Assembly: GCA_963665235.2 (NCBI GenBank)
Contig: CAXXLX010000001.1
Coordinates: 3,040,001-3,104,000 of the forward strand
DNA: 64,000 bases
From: Candidatus Poribacteria bacterium
GTDB lineage: Bacteria; Poribacteria; WGA-4E; WGA-3G
Direction of reading: 5' to 3'
The notes beneath the pieces are model-generated. The model searched no databases. It was not told the origin of the DNA and worked only from the letters and a program-made list of their open reading frames with translations. Below are positions 9,442-19,503 of this stretch, one piece after another (position 1 is the stretch's first letter; the number at the start of each line of letters is the position of its first letter). The position numbers were made by a program, and so were the translations under genes.

Positions 9442-10344
9442 ATGGAAAACGCAGCTTACAAAATTGGCGTTGTGGGGGTCGGACGGATGGGCGCGAACAT
9501 TGCCCGACACCTCAATGACGAAGGATTTGATGTAGTGACCGTATATGATGTCGCAAGCGAACGCGCACAAGAACTTGCAACGGAACTCGGGGCAACAGCG
9601 ACAGACGAACTCGCGCAGGTCACCGCACTTGCAGATTATATCATCACCGTTGTTACGGACGACGCAGCGATGCGCCAAATCTTCTCCGAAGATGCTGATG
9701 ACAGTCTACTCAAAAACGCATCCGGAAAACTCTTTATCAACTGTGCCACAATTAGTCCACAGGTACATGTGGATATTGAACAACTCGCTGAGAAGCACGG
9801 CGCGGAAAGCCTTGAAGGCTGCATGGCGAGCAGCATTACACAAGCAAGGGAAGGCACACTCTATCTGATGTGTGGCGGTAAAAAGGCAACCTTCGATAAG
9901 GCACACCCAATTCTCGATTCAATGAGCGTTTCCCTACGGTACATCGGCGAAGCAGGAAGAGCAGCACAAGTCAAGGCATTGGTAAACATGGTTATGAATA
10001 TTAACACTGCCGGGCTGGCAGAAGGACTCGGCTTGGGAGCAGCACTCGGATTGGATTTGGAGATGTTGCAAGAAGTATTTGCACAGACAGGCGCAAACTC
10101 CCGCGTTTTGGAAACAGATGGCGAGGATATGCAGATTCGCGACCATGAATGCTATTTCTCGTCCGCACATGCATCTAAAGATTCCGGTATTGCACTTGAC
10201 TTGGCAAATGCTGAAGGCATTAACCTTCCGCTTGCACAGGCAACCAAAGACCAATACGACCGCATGATTGAACTCGGATTGGGCGACCTAGATAAGTCCG
10301 GCATCGCTGAATTGACGTTCCCCGGACGCGGCGAAAATAAATAG
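9442..10344 (+). CDS. NAD(P)-dependent oxidoreductase, 3-hydroxyisobutyrate dehydrogenase family
   Basis: GVGRMG Rossmann motif, AQVKALVN catalytic Lys region, HASKDSGIA. Confidence 0.9.
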   Translation: MENAAYKIGVVGVGRMGANIARHLNDEGFDVVTVYDVASERAQELATELGATATDELAQVTALADYIITVVTDDAAMRQIFSEDADDSLLKNASGKLFINCATISPQVHVDIEQLAEKHGAESLEGCMASSITQAREGTLYLMCGGKKATFDKAHPILDSMSVSLRYIGEAGRAAQVKALVNMVMNINTAGLAEGLGLGAALGLDLEMLQEVFAQTGANSRVLETDGEDMQIRDHECYFSSAHASKDSGIALDLANAEGINLPLAQATKDQYDRMIELGLGDLDKSGIAELTFPGRGENK

Positions 10345-10405
10345 GGGGCAGCGCATAAAGCGGCTCTGTCGAAATTTTTCGGTGCGTAAAACAAGGAAAG
10401 AAGCA

Positions 10406-11131
10406 ATGCTCAAAGGCGTAATTCTGGCCGGGGGCTTAGGCACCCGTTTGCATCCGCTCACAAAGGGCATCAGTAAACATCTCTTGCCTGTCGGCAATGA
10501 ACCGATGGTGTTTCACAGCGTCAAGCAGCTCACAACAGTAGGAATTACCGATATCTTGATTGTGACGAATCCGCCGTACGTCGAGGATTTTGTGAACGCG
10601 CTCGGAAGCGGAAGCGACTTTGGGTGTGAATTCACCTATCGCGTACAGGACGAGCCAAAAGGCATTGCCCATGCACTCGCGTTAGCTGAAGGGTTCACCG
10701 CCGATAGCAGAATCGTTGTCCTGCTCGGCGACAACATCTTCGAAACCTCTATTCAGCACGCCGTTACCGATTTTCATGCACAACAGGCCGGGGCCCGTGT
10801 GCTGCTCAAACAGGTGAATGACCCTGAACGTTACGGCGTGGCCACCCTGAATGGAAACCGTATTGTCGCAATTGAGGAGAAACCAACGCACCCTAAAAGC
10901 AATTATGCGGTGGTAGGTGCCTATTTCTACGATGCCGAGGTATTTGACATCATTCGCACAATTGAACCCTCAGCGCGGGGTGAATACGAAATAACCGCGG
11001 TCAATAACGTCTATATACACCGCGGGCAGCTCGAATACAGCCACGTGAAGGGCAGATGGGTCGACGCTGGAACCCCGGAGTCCCTCGCTGAAGCGAATCA
11101 GATCCTTTTGAATCGGGAGAACAAACTTTGA
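10406..11131 (+). CDS. sugar-1-phosphate nucleotidyltransferase (short RmlA/SpsI-like)
   Basis: GVILAGGLGTRLHPLT, LGDN, EEKP, SARGEYEIT, WVDAGT. Confidence 0.92.
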   Translation: MLKGVILAGGLGTRLHPLTKGISKHLLPVGNEPMVFHSVKQLTTVGITDILIVTNPPYVEDFVNALGSGSDFGCEFTYRVQDEPKGIAHALALAEGFTADSRIVVLLGDNIFETSIQHAVTDFHAQQAGARVLLKQVNDPERYGVATLNGNRIVAIEEKPTHPKSNYAVVGAYFYDAEVFDIIRTIEPSARGEYEITAVNNVYIHRGQLEYSHVKGRWVDAGTPESLAEANQILLNRENKL

Positions 11132-12339
11132 AACCAACGCAAAATCCGCTCCTCTCAATTGTTGTCCCGGTCTATAACGAGGAGGAGAACGTCCTGCCCC
11201 TATTTGAAAAAATAGAGACGGTATGTGAGACAATTGACGAAACTTATGAGGTGCTGTTTGTGGACGACGGAAGCCGAGATAAAACCTTTGACGTGCTTAC
11301 CGAATTGCACGAGCGGGCACCGCAAGTCGTCGTCATCCGATTTGAGGAGAATGCCGGGCAAACCGCAGCGATGGCCGCAGGATTTCAATTCGCACGCGGA
11401 CAACGGATTATCAGCATGGATGGCGACCTGCAAAATGACCCCGCTGATATTCCAAACCTGCTTCGGAAACTTGACGAGGGGTACGACCTGGTGTGCGGAT
11501 GGCGAAAAGAACGGCACGATAAATTCTGGAGCCGACGCGTCCCCTCAATCGTTGCCAACTGGATAATTGCAAAGGTAACAGGTGTCCCAATTCACGATAA
11601 CGGCTGTTCACTCAAAGCCTATCGGTCAGAAATGATCAAACAGGTACCGCTTTACGGAGAGATGCACCGGTTTATTCCGGCTATCTCCACAGTAGCGGGC
11701 GCACGCATCGCTGAAATTGTGGTCACACATCACCCGCGACGCTTTGGCACAAGCAAGTACGGACTCGGCAGGGTCTGGCGTGTCATGCTCGATATTATCG
11801 CCTTTAAGCTGATACTCTCAGTTTTTACACCGAAGTCGGCATCGCAAGACGATTCTGCACAGCAACAGACATGTGACAACCGAGGCCGCCCAAAAATCCG
11901 GGCCTTTCTCGCTTTTCTGTTCTTCAGCACCCTTTTCTTCGTGCTCGGATGCCTGTTATTTGATGTCGCTATGCTTGCAGCATTCAGCACTATTGGATTG
12001 GGGGTAGCGTTGATAGGGCTCGGTTTGATTGCCATATCCACGCTTGCCAAGGCGCAGCAAGAATCAGCGGAGTTGGGCAGCCTTGCGCGTTTTTTCATGT
12101 CTCGCTGCGCAAGACGACCGAGCCGCTGTTTCGGACCTGTTGGTGCAATGCTGTTCTTGATTGGTATAGGACTGACAATTTGGATGCTGAACCTCGGAGC
12201 CGTTTTAATGAACATCGGTATTTTGATATTCTGCACCGGTTTACTCGGGGAACTCATTGCCTTTGCCAACGCCAAGCGGGTTACAGATTATAAGGTCAAA
12301 ACCCTTTTGAGCACCCCTGAACGAGGTGAAACATTTTGA
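11128..12339 (+). CDS. GT2 polyprenol-phosphate glycosyltransferase (ArnC-like) with an extended membrane C-terminus
   Basis: VVPVYNEE, VDDGSRD, MDGDLQNDP, HRFIP; several TM segments. Confidence 0.9.
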   Translation: MKPTQNPLLSIVVPVYNEEENVLPLFEKIETVCETIDETYEVLFVDDGSRDKTFDVLTELHERAPQVVVIRFEENAGQTAAMAAGFQFARGQRIISMDGDLQNDPADIPNLLRKLDEGYDLVCGWRKERHDKFWSRRVPSIVANWIIAKVTGVPIHDNGCSLKAYRSEMIKQVPLYGEMHRFIPAISTVAGARIAEIVVTHHPRRFGTSKYGLGRVWRVMLDIIAFKLILSVFTPKSASQDDSAQQQTCDNRGRPKIRAFLAFLFFSTLFFVLGCLLFDVAMLAAFSTIGLGVALIGLGLIAISTLAKAQQESAELGSLARFFMSRCARRPSRCFGPVGAMLFLIGIGLTIWMLNLGAVLMNIGILIFCTGLLGELIAFANAKRVTDYKVKTLLSTPERGETF

Positions 12340-13472
12340 AGAACTCTCTTGAGAGCTGGCGAGCCGAATTTCCGGTAACCGAAACCTATATCTATATGAA
12401 TCACGCTGGCGTTGCCCCGTTGTCACGGCGGGTGCAGGATGTGATGGGAGCATTTATAGAGGATGCCACTGTCAACGGCGCGGTCAATGCCGAGCGTTGG
12501 GCTGAAACTGCTGAAGCCTGTCGGGCAGTCGCTGCACAGCTCATCAATGCCGATACAACAGAAATCGCGTTTATGAAAAACACAACGCAAGGCATACTCA
12601 TCGCGGCAAACGGTATTGACTGGCGAGAAGGCGACAACGTCGTCACAACGGCGGTAGAGTTTCCCGCAAACGTCTATCCCTGGTGGAGTCTGAAAGAACG
12701 GGACGGTGTGGAAACGCGGATGGTCCCCGAACGTGATGGATGTATTCATCTTGAAGACATCGCTGCAGCCATCGACAGGCGGACGCGCGTTGTAACAATT
12801 AGCCATGTAGAATTCGCCTCCGGCTATCGGAACGATATTCAAGCGATTGGAAACTTGTGTCGAGAACGCGATATCTGGTTTGTTGTCGACGCAATTCAGA
12901 GCCTCGGTGCAATTGAGGTGGATGTGAAAGCGTGCCACGTTGATATTCTCGCCGCCGATGGACATAAGTGGTTGCTAGCCCCAGAGGGAGCGGCGATTTT
13001 CTATTGTGCCGACGAAAAACGGGAACGGCTCATCAATACAAATGTTGGATGGGCAAGTGTCGTTAACCCGCGCGATTTTCTCAACTACGACCTTACCCTC
13101 AAACCGGATGCTACCCAGTTTGAGGAGGGCTCATACAACAGTGTCGGTTTATACGGACTCAACGCAGCGATCGAATTAGTCCTTGAGGTTGGCATTGCTA
13201 ACATTGAGACGCACATTTTAGACCTCACTACCCGTTTAATCACAGGATTGGAAGCCAAAGGATATCGGACTATCACACCCAAAATGGAGACTGAGCGAGC
13301 AGGCATTGTTATCTTTGAAAGCGTGAAGCAGACACCCGCTGAAACATATAAGGCACTCCTTGAACAGCACATAATCACTGCCGAACGGGGCAGCGGTGTC
13401 AGGGTCTCGCCACATTTTTATAACACCGAAGCGGAAATCACACATCTGCTCGATGCTTTACCCGCTTTGTAG
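12336..13472 (+). CDS. class V PLP-dependent enzyme (cysteine desulfurase/isopenicillin epimerase-like)
   Basis: YMNHAG, VDAIQSLG, DGHKWLLAPEG, RVSPHFYNT. Confidence 0.88.
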   Translation: MKNSLESWRAEFPVTETYIYMNHAGVAPLSRRVQDVMGAFIEDATVNGAVNAERWAETAEACRAVAAQLINADTTEIAFMKNTTQGILIAANGIDWREGDNVVTTAVEFPANVYPWWSLKERDGVETRMVPERDGCIHLEDIAAAIDRRTRVVTISHVEFASGYRNDIQAIGNLCRERDIWFVVDAIQSLGAIEVDVKACHVDILAADGHKWLLAPEGAAIFYCADEKRERLINTNVGWASVVNPRDFLNYDLTLKPDATQFEEGSYNSVGLYGLNAAIELVLEVGIANIETHILDLTTRLITGLEAKGYRTITPKMETERAGIVIFESVKQTPAETYKALLEQHIITAERGSGVRVSPHFYNTEAEITHLLDALPAL

Positions 13473-13477
13473 GTCAG

Positions 13478-13586
13478 TTTGGCTGTTAGCTTATGGAAAC
13501 CAGAGTGACACTGAAGCGCGTCAGAAACCTGTTTAGCTTCAAAAACTCTTGCTAATCGCCAATTGCTAATTGCTAATCGCTAATTA
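13478..13586. repeat. inverted heptamer repeat element (TTGGCTG...//...CTCTTG(CTAATTG)n)
   Basis: gctaatc/gctaatt units; related elements at ~33547-33680, ~42983-43019 and ~43403-43511. Confidence 0.6.
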
Positions 13587-13601
13587 CCTAGGAACGAAAA
13601 A

Positions 13602-15023
13602 TTGCGTATACACACACAAAACAACATCAAACAGGTTATAACAACCTGCTTCTGGTTTATCATCGGATTTTTGATAGTCCTTAGCGGATGCATGCCCCCC
13701 GGGGGTAGACAGAAAGTCAGTCGGATCCGGTTCTCTGTTCAGAATACGTTGCCTATCCCCCGGAAAAATGTTCCGATTGTGCTGACAAGCGAGCAACTCC
13801 GAAAAGTTAATCCCGATTTCTCCTTCAAAGCCTTTTCTGTTGTTACCGGAGAAGCCCCAAAGGAGGTACCAATTCCTGCCCAGGCCGATGACCTCAACTA
13901 CGATGGCGAACGGGACCAGATCAGCTTTCTGCTCACCCTGGAGCAGGGGGAAACGAAAGAGATTTCAATCCTTTATGACCCGACTGTGCCGACAACGCTA
14001 ACGCTTGATATTAATAAACAGACGCGCGCGGGGATTTTTCCTGAGCTGAACGCGGTCGCCGCCCTGGAATCTAATCTGATTGCCTACATCTTGAAACCGA
14101 ACGGGGGTGTTATCGCCTACGGCAAAAAGCGGGCAGAACTTTTTAGTGTTGATGCAATGTTTCAAGGCGAATTAGGATACGGCAACACACTCTCGCCGGA
14201 GTTCAGACTCCATTTTGAAACCAACAGCGTCCCGCTTTCCCAAAACCCGCAGGCATTGAGGATAGAGGTTAAAAAACCTGAACAGCAGTGGATAATTCAT
14301 GACCTTGAGAATCAGGAGAGCTACTTCATCCGTAAATCCGAAGAGCAGCTTGATCTCTCCAAATCCATCGGTTTATCGCTAAACGCGCTCCTTGACCCTG
14401 AAAATACAACTATGGTCGCACTAACACCCGAAGATGGGGTAATTGGATGCGGAGGGTTTGCCTTATGGGATAAAGAGAAATCGGTATTCATTCCGATACC
14501 CGATGAAGGCGATTATGTCCGTATCCTCGCCGACGGTTCCATCCGTTCCATTGTTCAACGAATTCTTCCGGAATGGAACGTCAACGGCAAAATCCTGCGG
14601 TTAACCTCAACAACTTTTATCTATGGCGAAAATCCGTGGCTTGAACATCAGCTCCATGTTGATGGAGACCTACCGGCGGAATATGCTATTGTCGCCGGCA
14701 TTCCGAATATAGGTGGGACCTCCGGTACCGATGGGGAATTAGGGGCAATATGGAGTTGGGGAACAGCGGGGGCAGGCGTGGCACTGATTTATCCAACCAC
14801 AACTGCCAGTGAATTAATTTCCACTGATGAACCTTTTTTCCCAGTGACTTTAAACCTTGATACGGAAGGACGACTCAGTTATCGCGCCTTAGCTGTCTGG
14901 CGTGGCGGCATTGATGGAATAGAGACCGAAACCGAGTTCGCGGACTATGTCCAAGTTACAGCAACCTCAATGCAGAACCCGCCGCGAATCAAATTTTTGC
15001 CCCCAGAGGACGTGGAAAAGTAG
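13602..15023 (+). CDS. lipoprotein, DUF4861-like
   Basis: lipobox LSGC; QADDLNYDGERD, LESNLIAY, GCGGFALW resemble DUF4861 proteins. Confidence 0.55.
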   Translation: MRIHTQNNIKQVITTCFWFIIGFLIVLSGCMPPGGRQKVSRIRFSVQNTLPIPRKNVPIVLTSEQLRKVNPDFSFKAFSVVTGEAPKEVPIPAQADDLNYDGERDQISFLLTLEQGETKEISILYDPTVPTTLTLDINKQTRAGIFPELNAVAALESNLIAYILKPNGGVIAYGKKRAELFSVDAMFQGELGYGNTLSPEFRLHFETNSVPLSQNPQALRIEVKKPEQQWIIHDLENQESYFIRKSEEQLDLSKSIGLSLNALLDPENTTMVALTPEDGVIGCGGFALWDKEKSVFIPIPDEGDYVRILADGSIRSIVQRILPEWNVNGKILRLTSTTFIYGENPWLEHQLHVDGDLPAEYAIVAGIPNIGGTSGTDGELGAIWSWGTAGAGVALIYPTTTASELISTDEPFFPVTLNLDTEGRLSYRALAVWRGGIDGIETETEFADYVQVTATSMQNPPRIKFLPPEDVEK

Positions 15024-15034
15024 TGCTATCTTCT

Positions 15035-15057
15035 GTAGGAGCGTGCTGTGCACGCGA
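15035..15057 (+). repeat. GTAG-type REP (GTAGGAGCGTGCTGTGCACGCGA)
   Basis: identical copies at 43191 and 43244; degenerate copy near 8994. Confidence 0.7.
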
Positions 15058-15079
15058 CCTCTTATAAAAAATTCACGGG

Positions 15080-15703
15080 ATGGAGAAAACTATGCTAAAC
15101 AAGGAGAAATGTCTACAGCTTATCGCTGCACAACGCACCGACGACATCGTCGTTACGACGATGGGAACAGCCGCACCGTGGGGCAAATTGTCCACGCATC
15201 CGTTGGATTACGCATCTGTCGGCAGTGCTATGGGGCACGCCGCTGACTTCGCACTCGGCATTGCCCTTGCCAAACCTGAAAAAAAGGTCGTCGTACTCAA
15301 TGGCGACGGAAGCATGTTGATGTGTCTAGGCACACTTGCAACCATTACAGGTTTGAAAAATCCGCCTACCAACTATCTCCTTTTCGTTTGTGATAACGGA
15401 ACTTATGAGGTAACCGGCAATCAACCGGTGCCACGAAGTCCTAACTTTAGCTGGACAACTATAGCGAAAGGTGCCGGTTTCCAGCAGGTTTACGAATTTG
15501 ATGAAGCGGATGCGTTTGAGAAGGCACTGCCAAAAATTTGGAATCAACCGGGCCCGCTCTTCGTGAACCTCAAAATCGCAATAGCCCATGAACCGCCCCC
15601 GAATCGATGGGGTGCGTTTCCGTATCCATATTTGCAGGAGTCGCTTGCAACATCAACGCACAAGCTGCGAAAAGCACTTGCTGCCAAAGGGAAAAAATTA
15701 TGA
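15080..15703 (+). CDS. TPP-binding protein, sulfopyruvate/phosphonopyruvate decarboxylase beta-subunit-like
   Basis: GSAMGHA, NGDGSMLM...DNG TPP motif, VTGNQP; C-terminal domain only. Confidence 0.82.
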   Translation: MEKTMLNKEKCLQLIAAQRTDDIVVTTMGTAAPWGKLSTHPLDYASVGSAMGHAADFALGIALAKPEKKVVVLNGDGSMLMCLGTLATITGLKNPPTNYLLFVCDNGTYEVTGNQPVPRSPNFSWTTIAKGAGFQQVYEFDEADAFEKALPKIWNQPGPLFVNLKIAIAHEPPPNRWGAFPYPYLQESLATSTHKLRKALAAKGKKL

Positions 15704-16599
15704 CACAGAAATTAGAGACCCGCCGAATGGGACGCACTGAAATGAAACCGAATGCGCTTGCACTTGGGGCTGCATGGTTACCGGGAAAACCGGACGCTGA
15801 AGTCATCGGCGCAATACGACGCGCTGTTGAACTCGGTATCAACTATCTCGACACCTACCCCGGCCATGCTGAACATCTCTGGGGAGAAGCCCTCTCCGGC
15901 GGTTTGAGAGAAAAGATATATTTGCAAGCCAAGGTCGGCACACACCCTGAGCGTAGAAAAGATTTCTCAGCGGATGGCACAAGGTGGAGTGTCACGAATA
16001 GCCTCAAAGACCTCCGAACGGACTATCTGGATGCCGTGCTAATCCACGACCCGATAGACATGGAGAGTGTGTTGGATAAGGGACGCGCATTGGATACGCT
16101 TGTAGAAATGAAAGCGGAAGGTCTAATCCGAAACATCGGCGCGGGGGTGCGTTCCCACGAGTTCCATAGAGAACTGATTGAAACGGGACATATTGACATT
16201 ATACTCACCTTTTTGGACTATACGTTGTTATCCCAAACCGTAGCGAAGACAACGTTGCCGTTGGCACGCGAACACGATGTCGGCATTATCCTCGCGAGCC
16301 CGTTAGGTATGGGTAATCTGACCGGTGCGGAACCGAACCTTGAAGACGAACGTCGCCGGAATCCCGATGCTGAACCGAAGGCGCACGCGATGTGGAGATG
16401 GTGTCAGGAACATGGGGTTAATATACGTCATCTGGCGATGCAGTTCTGTCTTGCCGCGCCGATAGAGGGTGTCGTCATGTTCGGGCCCGCAGACAAAGCA
16501 CAAGTGGAGGATGGATATGAAGCGGCGACAGCGGACATTCCAGAGCAGCTCTGGGAAGCCTTTGAGGCGGAATTCGGCATTCAGCGCGGTATGATGTAG
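15700..16599 (+). CDS. aldo/keto reductase
   Basis: GINYLDTYPG, SLKDLRTDYLD, LIHDP, ASPLGMG; start 15700 overlaps the upstream stop. Confidence 0.9.
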   Translation: MTQKLETRRMGRTEMKPNALALGAAWLPGKPDAEVIGAIRRAVELGINYLDTYPGHAEHLWGEALSGGLREKIYLQAKVGTHPERRKDFSADGTRWSVTNSLKDLRTDYLDAVLIHDPIDMESVLDKGRALDTLVEMKAEGLIRNIGAGVRSHEFHRELIETGHIDIILTFLDYTLLSQTVAKTTLPLAREHDVGIILASPLGMGNLTGAEPNLEDERRRNPDAEPKAHAMWRWCQEHGVNIRHLAMQFCLAAPIEGVVMFGPADKAQVEDGYEAATADIPEQLWEAFEAEFGIQRGMM

Positions 16600-16622
16600 A
16601 ATATTTCTGTGAAGGAGAAAAG

Positions 16623-16934
16623 ATGATGGAAACAGTTGAAAAGCTCGCTGAAAGACTGACTGCGGTAGAAAAGATGTTGACAGGGGTAACACGCCAACTC
16701 TCTCTGCTAATTGAAGAATTAGCACTCTACCGTCAGGAAGCAGATGTAGGTAAACCTGTCTATGCAGATAAGCAAGAGGCAGCGAAAATCCTACAACCAT
16801 TTTTTGAGCAGCTCGGAATTCTAGAGCTTGACCCTATATCTATTGAAGAACTCCATGAAAGTATGGAGCGTAACGGCATTCCTGCTGATGGCAATGAGTT
16901 TAGTCGCGCCATTATCGAAGAACGGGAGAAATAA
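16623..16934 (+). CDS. small acidic hypothetical protein (possibly antitoxin-like)
   Basis: GGAG RBS; coiled-coil N-terminus; C-terminal FSRAIIEERE. Confidence 0.6.
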   Translation: MMETVEKLAERLTAVEKMLTGVTRQLSLLIEELALYRQEADVGKPVYADKQEAAKILQPFFEQLGILELDPISIEELHESMERNGIPADGNEFSRAIIEEREK

Positions 16935-16941
16935 CTGTGTA

Positions 16942-17547
16942 TTATGCCTTTTGTGTCACCATGCTTGCGAGAATGCCCAGAATTTTGTCACATCGGTCAA
17001 GCATATAGGCTGCCATGTCGATATGGAGCTGTTTCCCTTCCAATTTGAGGAAAAGCCAATTTATTCCTGTTGTAGTGGCCCCATAAACGCGCGGAATGTC
17101 GTTCCCCTTTTCGGTATTAAAACGTTGCGCGGCTACCATCTCGGCAACACACTGTCCGAGCCCAGTTGTTAAGTCATCTTTCTTCGCCTCAACAAGCATA
17201 ATGACCGGTGCCTCCAGATAATATTGTTCGGGGGAGAGGCTCACGAGGAAATCGCAAACACCTGTCAAACCGTTTTCTGTATCAACATTGAAATCGATAC
17301 CCGAAAAGAGGCTGATACGGTGTTCAAAGTGTTCCCGAAGTTCAATCAGCACATCGGCGACGATCATCTCTGATTTCGCCTTTTCTGTCCCGATTGCAAC
17401 GGCTAACGGCACCTTTTTCACTAAGGCTTTAGTAAGCTCCGCGCTCGGTTCAACCCGCTCCGTTTCAGAAAACATGCCTACGGATTGTACCGTTTCGAGC
17501 TGAAATGCTTTTCGCACTGTTTCCAGAGTGAAGTTGCTATAAGCCAT
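16942..17547 (-). CDS. conserved hypothetical protein with a putative PD-(D/E)XK nuclease fold
   Basis: MAYSNFTL start; GVCDFLVS...VEAKK...GQCVAEM...YGATTTG..WLFLKL pattern. Confidence 0.7.
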   Translation of the reverse strand: MAYSNFTLETVRKAFQLETVQSVGMFSETERVEPSAELTKALVKKVPLAVAIGTEKAKSEMIVADVLIELREHFEHRISLFSGIDFNVDTENGLTGVCDFLVSLSPEQYYLEAPVIMLVEAKKDDLTTGLGQCVAEMVAAQRFNTEKGNDIPRVYGATTTGINWLFLKLEGKQLHIDMAAYMLDRCDKILGILASMVTQKA

Positions 17548-17548
17548 A

Positions 17549-18349
17549 TTATCCCTTTACACCTGCTGCCAACTCCGAACCGAATTGTTTCACTGCATCG
17601 AGCAATTCCGCTTCATTTTCCATATTCTCTTCGATAACATTGATGATGGCACTCCCGACAATTACGCCATCGGCAATTTGAGCAACCTGTGTTGCCTGTG
17701 CAGGCGTTGATACACCGAACCCTACACTAATCGGTTTTTCTGTGTGATTCCGCAGCTCAGTCAGCATCGGTGCAATTTCGTCTGATAAAGTCGCCCGTGC
17801 CCCTGTCACGCCTGTTACCGAGACGCAGTAAATAAACCCGGTACTGACAGCGGCAATGCTTTGCATCCGTTCCGGTGGACTGGTCGGTGCGACGAGAAAG
17901 ATAGTGGCGAGGTTATACTGCGGGGCAACTGCCAAAAGGGGTGCCGCCTCCTCCGGGGGCAGGTCTGGCACGATGACACCGTCGACTCCTGCGTCTTGTG
18001 CAGCCTTACAAAACGCCTCCTCTCCCATCCGAAAGATTGGGTTATAGTAGGTCATCAGTGCAATCGGGATATCTGTCTGTTGGCGGAGGTCTGCCACCAT
18101 TCCCAATATTTGCTGGAGCGAGATACGGTGTGTTAGCGCGCGTTCACTTGCGCGTTGGATAGTAGGCCCATCGGCTATCGGGTCCGAAAACGGCACACCG
18201 AGTTCAATGAGGTCTGCACCTGCTTCCTCAAGTGTAAGGAGGAGTTTAGAAGTCAATTCTGGGTTTGGGTCTCCAGCGCAGAGGTACGGCATAAATGCGC
18301 TAACCCCTTCGGCGCGGAGTTCCTGAAATTTTTTGTCAATACGATTCAT
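17549..18349 (-). CDS. trpA: tryptophan synthase alpha subunit
   Basis: IELGVPFSDPIADGPTIQ, MTYYNP, PDLP, GVTGAR, GFGVS, GVIVGSA. Confidence 0.97.
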   Translation of the reverse strand: MNRIDKKFQELRAEGVSAFMPYLCAGDPNPELTSKLLLTLEEAGADLIELGVPFSDPIADGPTIQRASERALTHRISLQQILGMVADLRQQTDIPIALMTYYNPIFRMGEEAFCKAAQDAGVDGVIVPDLPPEEAAPLLAVAPQYNLATIFLVAPTSPPERMQSIAAVSTGFIYCVSVTGVTGARATLSDEIAPMLTELRNHTEKPISVGFGVSTPAQATQVAQIADGVIVGSAIINVIEENMENEAELLDAVKQFGSELAAGVKG

Positions 18350-18594
18350 AAATATAATTGCGTTTCAGCTTTCTGATAATAGTTTTTCTCAATTATACCT
18401 TGCATGGGGGGGATTGTCAAGGGGAGTTTTTTGGGAAGGGTTTGTATGAATCGCGGATTATCGCGGAGGACACGGATTTCGCGGATTTTAAGAGGTTTAT
18501 GCATCCTTATGCATCATGGTCTTATGATTACGGGTATTGCGTCTTTGTAGAATTTGTTCATAATTTCAAATTTGTGCTATTAGCATCGTCAATA

Positions 18595-19134
18595 TTATCT
18601 TTTACCTTGGACAGCCTTAGAAAGTTCGCTAATTCTATTTAAAACGAAGTACCATATAACTGTTACAATGTACAATATTAACAAACTAAATGGGATTGTA
18701 ATAACAAGGGACAAGATTCCTATCAAAACTGCGATTTTAACAACATCTGATTCTGTTTTATACTCCTTAAGGCTTTGTTCAATGGTATTAAGATCGCTGG
18801 AATACTCTGAGGTCTTAACCTTGACTCTCGCCATGGCAATTTGTCTATTGTAGTTTGACAAATAACCTTTCCAACGGGGGTATCTCCAGTTACCTGAGCC
18901 TATTGATCTTGGTGATCCATCGTATCCAATGTTATCAATATCACTCCATGTGAGAGATCCTTCACTCAGTGTATTTAACAAATCCGCCACATGTTTTTCT
19001 ACTCGTATAATTTCTTCTTTAGTATCAGCGGTATCAATTTGGCCTGAATAATACCCACCTGCAATTATCGTTGATAACAAAATACCTATGACGCTTGATA
19101 TTATACACCGTGCCTTAGTATAGAATTTTGCCAT
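18595..19134 (-). CDS. hypothetical membrane protein (AT-rich)
   Basis: 179-aa ORF with N- and C-terminal TM segments. Confidence 0.6.
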   Translation of the reverse strand: MAKFYTKARCIISSVIGILLSTIIAGGYYSGQIDTADTKEEIIRVEKHVADLLNTLSEGSLTWSDIDNIGYDGSPRSIGSGNWRYPRWKGYLSNYNRQIAMARVKVKTSEYSSDLNTIEQSLKEYKTESDVVKIAVLIGILSLVITIPFSLLILYIVTVIWYFVLNRISELSKAVQGKR

Positions 19135-19241
19135 AATAGGACCTGTTTATCTACAAATATTTACGCAACAAGTGGTTTCGGACTCGCAAGAAATTTCAAA
19201 ATTGCTTTAAACCTTGATATAGATTATAGTTCTTGGAGGTG

Positions 19242-19269
19242 AAATTGGGAGACTTTGAAATCTCCCAAT
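19242..19269 (-). terminator. hairpin, probable terminator after the small basic ORF
   Basis: attgggaga-ctttgaaa-tctcccaat inverted repeat. Confidence 0.5.
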
Positions 19270-19281
19270 CGGTTTCGCAAG

Positions 19282-19425
19282 CTACCTACATTTTTTACTG
19301 CGGCGTTTGCGTGGTTTGACAGTTTCTTTAACCGTTGTAGCGGGACGCTTTTTATCTGTTCCTTTGGGCAGAAAACGTCCTGTTTTAGCATCGCGTACGC
19401 GAGTGCCAGACGATTTTTTACTCAT
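19282..19425 (-). CDS. 47-aa highly basic protein with an RDAKTGRF motif
   Basis: GGAGGAG RBS before ATG 19425; MSKKSSGTRVRDAKTGRFLPKG..RPATTVKETVK. Confidence 0.7.
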   Translation of the reverse strand: MSKKSSGTRVRDAKTGRFLPKGTDKKRPATTVKETVKPRKRRSKKCR

Positions 19426-19503
19426 AGCAATCACTCCTCCAATATAGAGTAAGATTATTGTGTAGGCGGTCCTCCACCGTTTATAGGCGTGCATACAAAC
19501 ACT

